Source: Guillardia theta CCMP2712 (taxonomy: Eukaryota > Protista > Cryptophyta). From it: 64,000 nt of DNA. The number at the start of each line of letters is the position of its first letter. The first letter of the stretch is position 1. Location: contig NW_005434640.1 of assembly GCF_000315625.1 (NCBI RefSeq), forward strand, positions 559,397 through 623,396, given 5' to 3'. A program made the translations under genes and the position numbers. Below the pieces are notes generated by a model. That model made no database searches. It saw only the letters and a list, made by a program, of their open reading frames with translations, and was not told where the DNA came from. Of this stretch, positions 11,699-23,582 are shown piece after piece.

Positions 11699-13490
11699 TC
11701 AGCGTCTGTCCGACTTGCCTTCGTGCTCCATGCTCGCATCCAACTCCTTGGAATCATTGCACGTGGTGTCGCCCTGCAGCTCGTCGACGCCGAGGTAGCT
11801 AAGCAGCGATTCTTCGGATCTCATGAACCGGCTCGGGTCCAACTTCTTGAACTCGTGGAGGGTACATGTGATTTGAGGCTGCGGAGGCGTCAGCATGGCT
11901 CGCACTTGACAACCATTCTCACCTCGTTCTGATAGAGGTCCACGATCTCAGACACCTGCCTCGCAGTTTCACATAAGGGAGGAACCGAGATGTCGCTTCA
12001 CCTCATCGTTGACATCGAATGAGGGATCTTCAAGTTTTGTTATCCATGCGTAATCTTGCAAGCAAATCTTTCGGTAGGCGCTGATCGTGTCATGGTCAAG
12101 GTTTGTCGCACACGTTGGTATATTACCTTGGCCGATATTCCCTCAACAATCGCAGCCTGGTCCTCCTCCGAAGCAACTCCAAGTCGAGGGAACCTGAGTC
12201 CCGTAGAGTAGTATCTGCAGCCATGGTAGCCTCGTCTGCGTGTTGGTTTGTTTCCACGTCTGTATCGTCGCTTGAGATCTCTTTGCTCCTTCTCTGATCG
12301 CACCGAAGGAGGCCCTGCAGAGCTTCGAGGTCCATTCTGAACACGTTCTGCATGTTTTCATTGATCGTTTCCCTCTTCTTGTTGAAGTAATCCACCAACG
12401 AGTCCCGGCTGCTTACGGTGAATCGTTTGCAATTTTCGAAAAAATCCTCGTCGTTCTGTCCGTTTCTCATTCGCTCCTCCTCTTCAGCAGCTGCTAGGAT
12501 GTCCATCTTCTCCTTGAGAGAATAAGAGTAGATTGGATCGTGCGTGATCTCTCTGTACAAACACAGCGTGAGGCACTCGCAGACACAAGTCTTCATATTA
12601 CGGAATCGAATTTCGAGCTTGTTTCTCACTATCTGACGCTTTTTCAATGCTATCACAAGAGCGTGAGCGATTCGAACATCACGAGTTGTTTTGATCTACC
12701 TCGCGTACAATTCCTGCACGTTTCCATTGTACTTCCTATCCAGTTCCTCAAGCTGCAAAGGCGATTACACGAGCGATTGGGAAGTGAATCTCAACCATTA
12801 GAAAAACGTATTCTTCGCTCGTGCTCTTATCATCTTCAACCTCTGCTATTACTTTCTGTTCCAAGTTGTAGAAGCTGCGGGGGTTGTTGACCGTGGAATT
12901 CCTCATCGCCATCCTGGAGGAGCTAAGAGCGGTCAGTCTCTATCGTACCGTCACTTGCACGCATGTCTACATGCGATCAGCTTTCCTGACGTCGCTCTTT
13001 GTCTCTGAGAGCTCATCCTTCACAGCAACCTTCAGGTACTCCGTTGCGAGCTGATTCAAACATCTCACCTCGTCAGTGTCGCTGAGGTCGTCGGGGGCGA
13101 GGGACAGCTTCTTGAGAAGCACTTCAGCCTGATATCAGCCAGTAAACAACTTATACTCGTCAAGATGAAAATCTCTACACTCTCTCTTCTGTTCTCGAGC
13201 GATGGAGCCATTCCCTTCCTCCGTCGGCTTTTGCTGCTGCAATGATGACTGGTTCACACGATACAAGGGCTTCTCACATCATATCCTGATAGTCTGCACG
13301 ATAAGTGTACATCTTAAGCTCTTGCACGTAGTCAAGGTAGGCGGCAGTCTTGAGGTCTTTGGCTGTTGCACTAGTCACAGGAACAAACAGATCTAGTGAA
13401 GTTACAAGTGTATTTCTTGGACAGAGGATACGATCGTCCGCATACTCCCGGGCCGAAGTCTCTCATCTGACCAAGGACAGGTCATTCTGT
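11699..13490 (-). CDS. Hypothetical multi-exon coiled-coil protein (ends uncertain)
   Basis: Coding-like ORF 12123-12656 plus several short exons bounded by GT..AG. No family recognised. Confidence 0.5.
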
Positions 13491-13774
13491 GATGTCTGGA
13501 GGAAGCAAAGACGGAGCGTCTGTTCTGTCAGATTCTCTGACTATGTAACGAGACGTCGCTTCCCATTCGAAGAAAACATCCCTTTTCTCTTACTTCATTG
13601 TCTCTTCTCTTTCACCTCCTTGTCTCTTTCACTTCTCTTACACCATCCTTCTGCTGTTTGCTCTCTGTCATACTATAAACCTTATGCTCCCTCGTTGATC
13701 GGAGGACCAATAGCAGTTGGTGAGTGAATCCCTTTGACTATCATACCATATCTCTTCCCCCTTTGCTTCTGCAC

Positions 13775-14048
13775 CTGCTCCCTCTCCTACCCCTCCTGCT
13801 CCCTCTCCTGCTCCCTCTCCTGCTCCCTCTCCTGCTCCCTCTCCTACCCCTCGCTCCCTCTCCTGCTCCCTCTCCTGCTCCCTCTCCTGCTCCCTCTCCT
13901 GCTCCCTCTCCTGCTCCCTCTCCTGCTCCCTCTCCTACCCCTCGCTCCCTCTCCTGCTCCCTCTCCTGCTCCCTCTCCTGCTCCCTCTCCTACCCCTCGC
14001 TCCCTCTCCTGCTCCCTCTCCTGCTCCCTCTCCTGCTCCCTCTCCTGC
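13775..14048 (+). repeat. 12-bp tandem repeat (CTCCCTCTCCTG)n with periodic CTCCCTCTCCTACCCCTCG variant units
   Basis: Directly visible array of about 20 units. Confidence 0.95.
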
Positions 14049-14059
14049 AGTTGTGCATT

Positions 14060-14345
14060 CTATGGATACGAACTCATTTCTACCGCTCCTCCCGATTTAC
14101 TTCGGATTACCCCCACCCACATTGCGCATCCAATTCAATATGTACCCCTCATTTCAGCTCTTAAAGTAGGGGTGACAGGGGTCATCGAGCCTCTACTCGA
14201 AAGACAACTTCGAGTCGGGCCGCTCCCCGGGGCCGGCCCGCTCCGCCGATCGGAGCCGGTCACTGAAACATCATAGCCACAGAGTCACAAAGGCCAGTGA
14301 AGCCTCGGAACCGCGGCAGGCCCTGCGGCCCGGCCGCCAGCGGAA
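14060..14345. promoter_or_regulatory. Adjacent class B (tacccc, gtacccc, gtagggg) and class A (ccccggggccggcccg, ccggtcactga, agagtca) islands
   Basis: Motif clusters as at the other intergenic sites, upstream of the minus-strand hypothetical gene. Confidence 0.45.
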
Positions 14346-14481
14346 GCCAAGAGGCTGATCCTAGGCTACTTATCCTAGGAGTGAGACTGGAGGACATGTG
14401 AAGAAAGCTTTTAACTTCACGAACTCTAACATCTCAACACATCAAACTTGCTACCAACTTAGTATGAATACAATGATATCT

Positions 14482-15600
14482 CTAACGTTTTCCCATCATC
14501 CCATGGATGAATTGTCTGTAATTGACCTGGAGACTATCTCAACAGTCGCACTCGTTCACTTTCCGACTTACTTGACCGTCTCGATCAACAAACGCCTCCT
14601 TGACCATAATGTCGACCTGAAAGCCTTCGATGTCACGACAAGGAACAGCAGCAGTTTCACGGACACCTCTTTGTCCGTGATGTTCTCCCCCAATCCCTTG
14701 AGCATTGCCCTGCCATGTACAAGACTTACATAGGGATGGGCGGGGAGGCAAGACGGAGAAGGGGACGGGCGGGGGAAGCGAGGAATGGTGGCAGAAAGCG
14801 CTACGAAGGGGCAAGAAGCAGAGCCAACTTCACGTCACCTCAGATCGTTCAGGGAGCAGAAGCCCGTTTCTTGGCGATCTACCCCGTTCTCCTTGTCCTG
14901 CAATCAAACGTGATCTAAGACATTTTGAACCCGCAACGGGATACCGTGAACTCATCTACAATCTCCTTCTCAAGGTCTACATCTTTCCTGTTCTTGGCAA
15001 TGATTTGTATGAACTCCTCGAACTCTATCTGCTCGTTTGAATCCTCATCCACCTGCGACAACAAGGTCAGACGGGTGCGCGAGAGCGGTATTGTCCAGCA
15101 GAACCTCGCGGATCATCTCAAGAAGCTCTTCCCTGGTCGGGTTCTGAGGCAACGTCACAACGGTCGGCACTGAGACTGCCTCAGGCTGTCACCTGCCCCT
15201 GCGAGCGCAAGACAAGCTCGAGCTCATCCATGTCTATGCTCCCATTGCCTGCATACGCTGTCACATTTGGAAGACGCGCAGCAGGTCTTCCGGTATGAAG
15301 AAGAGGTGCAGGAGACGCACTTGTCGCTACACAAGTCCAAATACTCACCGTCCTGATCAAATTCTTGGAACACTTTCTTTAGATCCTCAATTTCGTAAGG
15401 TAGTAATCCTGTGACGATGAATTGAGATGATGCAAACGCAACTTCCCTTTGTAGCCCGCTTCCGCTCATCATCATCTCAAGCACCTCAATCATCACGGTC
15501 TACATCACTAGCTCCACACTCTGCCTAACACAAAATAGCATACCACCACAAATACAAACACTGTCATCCCCTGGATCTTTTATCTTTCGATCGTCTGATG
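14482..15600 (-). CDS. Calmodulin/centrin-like EF-hand protein (5' end uncertain)
   Basis: EIEDLKKVFQEFDQDGNGSIDMDEL, NPTREELLEMIREVDEDSNEQIEFEEF and LKGLGENITDKEVDIMVKEAFVDRDGQVNYRQFIHGMMGKR*. Confidence 0.85.
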
Positions 15601-15649
15601 ACAGTGTCCTTCATGAACATCATGTACACAATCTTCGCTTGCATATGCA

Positions 15650-16195
15650 TATCCATCATCATCATCATCATCATCATCATGATTCATCATCATCATCTCC
15701 ATCATCATCTCCATCATCATGATTCATCATCATCATCTCCATCATCATCTCCATCATCATCTCCATCATCTCCATCATCATCTCCATCATCATCTCCATC
15801 ATCATGATTCATCATCATCATCTCCATCATCATCTCCATCATCTCCATCATCATCTCCATCATCATCTCCATCATCATCTCCATCATCATGATTCATCAT
15901 CATGATTCATCATCATCTCCATCATCATCTCCATCATCATCTCCATCATCATCTCCATCATCATCTCCATCATCATCTCCATCATCATCATCTCCATCAT
16001 CATCATCTCCATCATCTCCATCATCATCTCCATCATCATCATCATCTCCATCATCTTCATCATCATCTCCATCATCATCATCTCCATCATCTCCATCATC
16101 ATCTCCATCATCATCATCATCATCATCATCTCCATCATCTCCATCAGACCCATCATCATCATCATCGTCATCTCCATCATCATCTCTATTATCAT
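15650..16195 (+). repeat. Compound (CAT)n/(CATCATCTC)n microsatellite running into an assembly gap
   Basis: Directly visible. The poly-H, poly-M and poly-S ORFs here are artefacts of the repeat. Confidence 0.97.
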
Positions 16196-16295
16196 NNNNN
16201 NNNNNNNNNNNNNNNNNNNNNNNNNNNNNNNNNNNNNNNNNNNNNNNNNNNNNNNNNNNNNNNNNNNNNNNNNNNNNNNNNNNNNNNNNNNNNNN
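16196..16295. other. Assembly gap (100 N)
   Basis: Run of N. Confidence 1.
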
Positions 16296-16339
16296 TTAAG
16301 TTAAAAATCAGTACGAGGACAATCAGGAGAGTCGAGGCT

Positions 16340-16760
16340 ACAGTCGCCATGAGGTACCCACCCCCTAAGGGAAGATTCGGGGGTACTGACTAGCAGGGGG
16401 TCATAGCGGCAGGCTGGTACGATGAAGGGCAGGCAGAGGGAGCACTGGGACTCAAACATGACTTTTTTTAACTTCTGGAGGGTGGGGGTGGGGGTACGGA
16501 CCGTACTGTGAGACTGCTACCGTGAAGGGTGGGGTCATACTTCAAAAGTTAATTCCTAGGGGTAGTAGTAACCTACTAGGGGTACTTCTGACTATGAAAA
16601 CAACACTGAAGCCAGGCTACCGGTACTACCGTAGTGTGGATCGGATTGGGTAGTAGGCATGGAGGGAACTTCGAAAGGTGGGTGGGTGGCCCCGGAACAA
16701 ATCGATGTGGTAGTAGGTGTAAGGGGTGGTGATAGATGGGGTGGTCTAAAGTGGGTTGGG
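16340..16760. promoter_or_regulatory. Class B GGGGTA island with G-runs upstream of the NAT permease
   Basis: ggtaccc, gggggtact, gggtgggggtgggggtac, aggggtagtagt, gggggtact and ctaccggtactacc, followed by a purine tract. Confidence 0.5.
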
Positions 16761-17267
16761 GCGAAATTGGGATTCGGAAAATGCGGCAGAGGATCGAGGA
16801 CTTGAAGAAGGAAAGAGAGGGCGAGGAGGGGAGAGCAGTGAGAGGAGAGGATGTACGACACTGTGAGGGAGATAAGAGGGAGGAGGATGGAGGAAGTGGC
16901 AAGCTATGTGCTGCTGATAGAGAGCGATGTTATCCAAACAAGGAGTTTTTGACAAAGAAACTTGAAGGTGACAGAAGGAAAAGAGGGGGGGTTTGAGGGC
17001 AAGAGCGAAAACGAAGAGTAGTCAAAGCACGATTGAAAAGCACGAACGAGTCTTTTGATTAAGCCGAGGAATTACAAGCATGATGATCTGCTAGAGTGCA
17101 AAGTAAATTGAATACAAAGGTTTGCTTGCAGGTTCCTTTATCCTGGAAGACGAAAGCGAGTTGCAAGCTGCATTGATGGTCTGGAAGACTCTTCTGATGA
17201 CGATTGCTTGAGTTGGCGAAGAAAGGTTTATTCAGAGTCGTTGGTCGATCAGCCAAACGATAGCAGG

Positions 17268-20200
17268 ATGTCCACAACTTCCAACAAGTCGCGGAGTGAA
17301 CGAGATCCAGAGAACGCGACCGGGCAGGATCGCGAGCAGGAGATGGACCTAGGCTCGTCTCTGATGCCACGATTCGTGCCATGCTCGAGAAGGTAAGGGT
17401 CTTGCGATCGTGTTCTTCAACTTGGCTCATACTGATTTAATCAGGTTCAAAGCACAACCTTTCTTGAAGCTCGAGAGCCCCTGCCATCCTGTCTGGGCTC
17501 TCCTGCTGGGCCTCCAGCATGCCGTGATGGCCATCTCCATGATCAACTTGGTTCCTGCTCGCATAGCAGCGGTGGGTCGATTCGACAAGAGCTCTGAGAA
17601 TGCCATGCGGTCTTGCTCGCTCATCGTTGCCGCCGTCACCAGCGCAGCCCAGCTACTGAGGGTGAACATCTGCGGTGAGTTCAACCTGGGAACGGGGCTG
17701 GTGAGCCTGGTGGGCTCGAGTGTTGTTTTCCTCCCCCTCGTCGAGACCTTCCTGGTGGACATGATGGGCAAAGATTCTTCGGCGCCGTGCAGGACCGACG
17801 CTGACTGTCCTCTGCCCTGGTCGCTGGCAGTCGCTGGAGGAGTGGCCAAGGCCGGAGTGACGAACCTTGGGCAGTGCAATCTCACAAGCTCCCGATGCCG
17901 ATACAGCGGGGAGGAGGCGTACATGAAGTTCGTGGGGACCGCGCTGCTGTCTGCCGTCGTGCCGCTCTTCTTTGGAATCCTTCCTCCTTCCCTTCTCCAC
18001 TTCCTCTTCCCTCGCAGAATTCTGGGCATCTGCTCCCTCCTGATCGGGGTCTATCTGTGCTCGGTCGGGTTCAAGCTGTGGGGAGGAGGACTGGACTGCG
18101 CTGCTTCAGCTACTGTGATGTGCCAGAGCAACGGGGAGGTTGCGCTCAAGTTTGGGTCGGTGGAGTACCTGGGCCTTGGGTTCGTCTCGTTTTTCATCTT
18201 CTCCCTATGGAACGTCTTCTCTCCTCCTCTCATCCGCAGCTTCTCAGTCTTCGTCTCCCTCCTCGGGACTTACCTCGTCGCCTTCCTCTGCCGACAAGGT
18301 CTCGTGCCCTACTCGCTCCTCCGGCGTCCTGACAATTCAGGGCGTGCAGGGAGTGGAAGCTTGCGGTACGTCCAGGACCCTCCGAGCATTGTGGATCGAG
18401 CGATGGTACGAGAGGAGGCGAGGAGGAGAAATCTGATTCAGCCGGCAGTGGGGAAATTTTCTCTACATTGACAAGAAGGTCAGACTTGATCAGGTCGGCT
18501 TTCATGCCCCGCTCCTGGGACCACTGTAAGAGGAGGAGGAGATGACGGGGGAGGGAGGGGGAGGCAGAGGAAGTGGAGGAGTGAGAATGGGAGGGCGCGG
18601 AGGCTGGAGAAGCAGGAGGTGAGATCTGCGAGCAGGGTCATAGTTCAGTTCATCGTCGTGCTGAAGATGATGGGAGACATTGCTTCCTCGTTTGATGCAT
18701 CAATGTGCGACGAGAAGGTAACGGAGAGGAGGAGCAGCGGGGAGGAGCCAAGAGCAAGTGGAGGGAGGAAGAGAAGGAGAAAAAGTAGGACGACGAGGTC
18801 AAGGAGGAGGACGAGGACGAGGAGGACGAGAAGGAGGAGGAGGAGGAGAAGGAGGACGAGGACGAGGAGGGGGAGGTGCTTGTGCTGGTGGAGGAGGAGT
18901 ACATTGTCAGATGTTGAATGCTTGATGAATTGGCAGGATCCAGACCTCCATCAGAGAATTCAGGGGGGTCTTCTTGCAGGTGAAAATTATGAAATGATGG
19001 CGAAGAGGAGGGGAAGTGGAGGAGGAGAAACAGGAAGAGGAAGAAAAGAGGAAGAGGAGCATCAGCAGGAGGAGGAGGAGGAGGAGGAGGAGGAGGAGGA
19101 GGAGGACTCTGATATCGATTGCAGGGGGATTCGAATCTGTATTCTCAGGCATAGCAGCAATGATGCCGATACACACAATCTCTCACTCGAACTCCATCCT
19201 CTTCCTCTCACGATGCGCGTACGGAGCACTGCTCTCCCTGCTCGAGCGTGACGTGGTGCAGGAACCGGATGGTGGGAGGGGCTGCAAGTTTCTGGCTGCT
19301 CCTCTTCGGCGTCGTACCCAAGTTTGGAATCACCATCGCTGCCATTCCGTCCTGCGTGGTTGGAGGTAGGAGAAGAAGCGAGATGAAGAGAGGAGGATGC
19401 GAGAGCGAGAGGACGTTGACTCAGGACGAGGGAGGAAAGGAGGAGGAGGAGGAGGAGGAGATGACAGTTGGAGCAGGGATTCTCACTCCATTATTCGCGG
19501 GTCAAATCTCCATCGGGCTAAATATTCTGGCGAACTCATGGGAGGACGATCACTTCTTCTCCTACCGCTTCCGTCTCCTCCTCGCCTCCGCCCTCACCTT
19601 TGGTCTGACTTGCGTCCTCCTCTGCCACCCCTGAGTTCCCATCCTTTGCTCGCCTTCATTTCTCTCGTCTCTTACATTCTCTCAAGGCATCGGGGTTGCA
19701 GTCGTTCCTGCTTGGGTCTACCAGGACATGGGTACTCCTCCTCCTCCTCCTCCTCCTCCTCCTCCCTCCTCCCCCCCTCCCCCCTTGTAACCTTCCGATC
19801 CTCTCCTTCTATCATGTTTCTTCGATCCTTCGGCCGCTGTTCCCTTATTCCGATCCTCCGCCTTCAGTTCTTCTCGCCCTGTTCTTGACTTCATCTCTTC
19901 CTCCTCTCCTCCTATTCTCCCTCCCCTTCCCCTCCTGTCTCTTCTCATGAAACCTTTCCTAGGGCCCAGCCTGGATGCCCTGGGAGTCTCGCCGGTGCTA
20001 CGGGAGGCCATCCTCCTCCTCGTCTCTGCTCCCTTCAGCGTCGGCACGATGGTCGCCCTGCTCCTGAACCTCCTCCTACCCTATGAGGATGACAGGAGGA
20101 TGAGACCTCAACATCGATACAAGGTGCCTCCCTCCTACTCTTGCTCCTCCTCCTGCCCCCCCCCCTTCCTTTCCTCCCTTCCCATTTCTTTCATCCCCTT

Positions 20201-22113
20201 TCATCCCCACTGTCTTTCTCTCTTCCCGTTTCCACCTTGTTCTCGTGCCCCTTTCCTCTTCCTCTTCCTCGCTCTTCCTCCCTTCTCTTCTCTTCATGTG
20301 ACAGTTCTGAGCTCAGGAGGTAAAAGAGGAGCTCCAGGACGTGCTGGTTGCCTCGGAGAAGAAGTCTGAGGCAGACGATCATCCAGCACGCAAGGAGAAG
20401 CAGGACAAGGAGAAGGAGAACAAGAAGGAGAAGGAGGAGAAGGAGAAGAAGGAGGAGAAAGAGCAAAACGAGGAGGAGGAGGAGAGAGCGAGGCAGGAGA
20501 GAGATGAGAAGACGGAGATAGAGGAAGAGATGCAGTGTGACACTGAAGTCTCAAAGACTGACAAGGATGCCATCACTCCTCCGTTTCCGCCTGTAAGCTG
20601 ATGATCCTCCTTCCTCCCTCCCACGCTTCTTTCCCCCTCCCCCTCCTCCTTCCTCCTTCCCACGCTTCTTTCCCCTCCCCTCCTTCTTCCTCTCCCTCTC
20701 CTCCCTCCTCCCTCCCACGCTTCTTCTTCTCCTTCTCCTTCTCCTTCTCCTTCTCCTTCTCCTTCTCCTTCTCCTTCTCCTTCTCCTTCTCCTTCTCCTT
20801 CTCCTTCTCCTTCTCCTCCCTTCTCCCCTCCTCCCTTCCACTCTTCTTCTTCCCGTCTACCCCGCACTCTTCTCCNNNNNNNNNNNNNNNNNNNNNNNNN
20901 NNNNNNNNNNNNNNNNNNNNNNNNNNNNNNNNNNNNNNNNNNNNNNNNNNNNNNNNNNNNNNNNNNNNNNNNNNNTCGTGTCGCTCTCTTCTCTTCCTCG
21001 TCTCGCTCTCTTCTCTTCCTCGTCTCGCTCTCTTCTCTTCCTCGTCTCGCTCTCTTCTCTTCCTCGTCTCGCTCTCTTCTCTTCCTCGTCTCGCTCTCTT
21101 CTCTTCCTCGTCTCGCTCTCTTCTCTTCCTCGTCTCGCTCTCCCTCTTCGCTCTCTACTTCCTCCCTCCATCTTCCGGCTTGCCTCCCTCTCCTCATCTT
21201 TGTTGCTTCACTTGCTCTCTCGTTCCTCCTCCTCGTCTCCCTCTCTCTTCTCCTTCCTCCTTCTGCTATCCCTCTCCTTCCCCCTCCCTCTCATTCGCTT
21301 CCTGCAGCATTCTCCCAAGGATTCTTCTCCCATGCAGATCAACAGAAGCCTGATGAGCACAACCTCCTCTCCGCAGGTTTCCCCTCCAGCTGACCCTCTC
21401 CCCTCACCTTGTTATTCTCTTTACTGATCCCTTGTCCTCTTCCTCGCTCCTCGTCGCCCTCTGCTACGCCCCAGTCCTTTTCCTCTCCCCTCCCCTGTGA
21501 TCTCATCTCCTCTCCTCACATGACCCCCTCCAGCCCAACGGAATGGATAGGAGCTTTTCGCACAGCCCCTTCGGATCTCCGGCCTTCACCTCCGTCCTCC
21601 CCATTCTGGGAACATCCAGCCTCCTTACAGGCATGACCCTCTCGTTCCCTCTGATTTCACTCCATCCTCTATCTTGTTCCTCTTCCTTCGCTTCCTTGAA
21701 TAAGCCCGCCCTCTCTCCTCCTCCTCCTCCTCCTCCTCCCTCTCGTTCATGCCCCCTTCAACCTCTTGCTCGTCCTCGTTCTTTTTGTTTGTTTCTCGCT
21801 CCCTGTGCCTCACTCGCTTGTTCAGCTCCGCTCCTTCCTCCAGGGTGGGGCATTTGCGGCTCGTGCGAGAACCCAGTGAAACTGGAGGTCAGCAGGATGA
21901 GATTCTTTTTGGAGGTTCTCCTTTGATCCTCTTGCTCTTGCAGTGGGGTTCTTGCCCCAAGTGCGGGACGGACGTGAAGGAGGAGGAGGGAGCAGAGAGG
22001 TTAGCACGGAGTCGTTTGTCCCCTCCGCTTCCTGACCCCATAGCAGGATGAGGACTGGTAATCCCTTTGCTTCCAGCTACGGAGCAGAAGCTTACAGCAC
22101 CGGCTACACGTGA
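17268..22113 (+). CDS. NCS2/NAT (UapA-like xanthine/uracil permease) family protein, divergent binding site, probable C-terminal zinc ribbon (spans a gap; 3' exons inferred)
   Basis: TM1 LLLGLQHA, LGTGLVSLVGSS, LIGVYL, YLGLGF, GDIASSFDAS, RIQGGLLA and SRCANR...FGVVPKFG...AIPSCVVGG...LLLNLLLP. Later exons give ICGSCENPVKLEWGSCPKCG. Confidence 0.85.
20720..20815 (+). repeat. (TTCTCC)n intronic microsatellite
   Basis: Directly visible. Confidence 0.95.
20876..20975. other. Assembly gap (100 N)
   Basis: Run of N. Confidence 1.
20980..21140 (+). repeat. 22-bp tandem repeat (CTCTCTTCTCTTCCTCGTCTCG) x~7, intronic
   Basis: Directly visible. Confidence 0.9.
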
Positions 22114-22320
22114 TGTCATGGTAATGTACAAGATAAGCAGAGTTCTACTAGTGCGTGATAGGAGGTGTGGGAGTTTGAGGTGATGAAAGATAAGAGAGTG
22201 GGCAAGAGAGAGATAACTTGATACATTACAAGACTGATATCTACACAAGGGTCGTCTCATCTCTTGTGTCTTCATCTTCATCCACAACATTGGAAGCCAA
22301 CATCCTATGCGCCTCCTTCA

Positions 22321-23325
22321 TCAAGGAGATTGTGAGAATACGATCCCCTGCGTGTGATGTACAGGCGCCTCCTCTCCTTCTTTCTCTCTGTCCATGGCAG
22401 CAACGAGGAAGATCGGCATGCACATCAGCCCGACGGTCAAGGGCACGAGGATGACGCCGAGGACTCCCAGCTGGTAGCTACGGAGAGGAATACTCTGTGA
22501 CAGCTGGGCAAGGTCGTACATCCCCAGCTGGATGATCAAGGAAGAGAAGGCGACAAGCGCGAAGTACAAGCCCTGCTTGGACAAGCCTGCTATACCGATG
22601 ACCATGCCGTAGAGGCCGACGAGGAGGGTAATACAGCCGTCGGCAATGATGAGCCTGTACTTGAAGCTCATGTACGGCGACTGCACGGGATTCAAGGGGG
22701 GATCATTCTTGTATACGAGCACCCCCATGGCCACCTCACAGCCGGCCTTTATCACGACGAGGAGGCTGTAGAAGACGATGCGCTTCCTGAGGTACTTGCT
22801 GTCGTACACAGCAGCCCCATCCTCCAGCGACTGCATGCGGTAGAGCTGCAGACTGAAGTAAAACTGGCTGCCGAGGAGCGCGACGCCCATGGACGCCCCC
22901 CCGAACATCTGGAGCATCCACAGGCCCTTGTCAAAGGTGGAGACTGCAAGCTTGTCGGCCTCGTAGGCGTGAAAGGCGATGGCCTGCGAAACAAAGACGA
23001 ACCATCCGAGAGCTCCTTCAAGCGCGAGCGACACGAGGGTAAGAGTCGCATGGCTGACGTTGAGCGACAGGTGGAGGGTCCCGACCGCTAAGCCCAGCAA
23101 GCCGATGACACACAAACAAACACCGCAGGCCAGCAGCACTGCAGGAGGGAAGATGGTGCTAGAGCCTCCCATTGATCCGGTCGGATAGAAACTGAAGAGG
23201 TTTGTCCTTCCGACGCCAAACACCAGGAGCAGGACAGAGAAGAAGATCAGGTGACCCGAAGCCTTGCATGCTGCAGCTGATTCGCTCCTGAACGAGCTTG
23301 AGGTCGCCTTGCTGTTTGCTTCCAT
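22321..23325 (-). CDS. Uncharacterised polytopic membrane protein (~8 TM, internal duplication)
   Basis: Long intronless ORF with many hydrophobic spans. LLACGVCLCVIGLLGLAVG resembles IIADGCITLLVGLYGMVIG. Likely start MEANSK at 23325. Confidence 0.8.
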   Translation of the reverse strand: MEANSKATSSSFRSESAAACKASGHLIFFSVLLLVFGVGRTNLFSFYPTGSMGGSSTIFPPAVLLACGVCLCVIGLLGLAVGTLHLSLNVSHATLTLVSLALEGALGWFVFVSQAIAFHAYEADKLAVSTFDKGLWMLQMFGGASMGVALLGSQFYFSLQLYRMQSLEDGAAVYDSKYLRKRIVFYSLLVVIKAGCEVAMGVLVYKNDPPLNPVQSPYMSFKYRLIIADGCITLLVGLYGMVIGIAGLSKQGLYFALVAFSSLIIQLGMYDLAQLSQSIPLRSYQLGVLGVILVPLTVGLMCMPIFLVAAMDREKEGEEAPVHHTQGIVFSQSP

Positions 23326-23432
23326 TGGAGAATTGGATTCAGGTGGTAGAGAGACGAAGCTTCGAAGGACAGGGAACACGAAAAACGACAAGAAAAGTTT
23401 GCGATAGCTCTGCAGGATCAAAGAGAATCAAT

Positions 23433-23550
23433 GAGGAGGAGGAGGAGGAGGAGGAGGAGGAGGAGGAGGAGGAGGAGGAGGAGGAGGAGGAGGAGGAGGA
23501 GGAGGAGGAGGAGGAGGAGGAGGAGGAGGAGGAGGAGGAGGAGGAGGAGG
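23433..23550 (+). repeat. (GAG)n ~39 units
   Basis: Directly visible. Confidence 0.98.
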
Positions 23551-23582
23551 ATAATGAGCAGGAGGAGGAGGAGGCGCCTTAC

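Noticed and set aside
13724-14276. SPAP/LLLP repeat ORFs as extensin-like proteins
   Set aside because: They derive from a 12-bp pyrimidine tandem repeat in an intergenic tract that is open in several frames.
15650-16393. Poly-His, poly-Met and poly-Ser ORFs as metal-binding proteins
   Set aside because: They are translations of a CAT-based microsatellite running into an N-gap.
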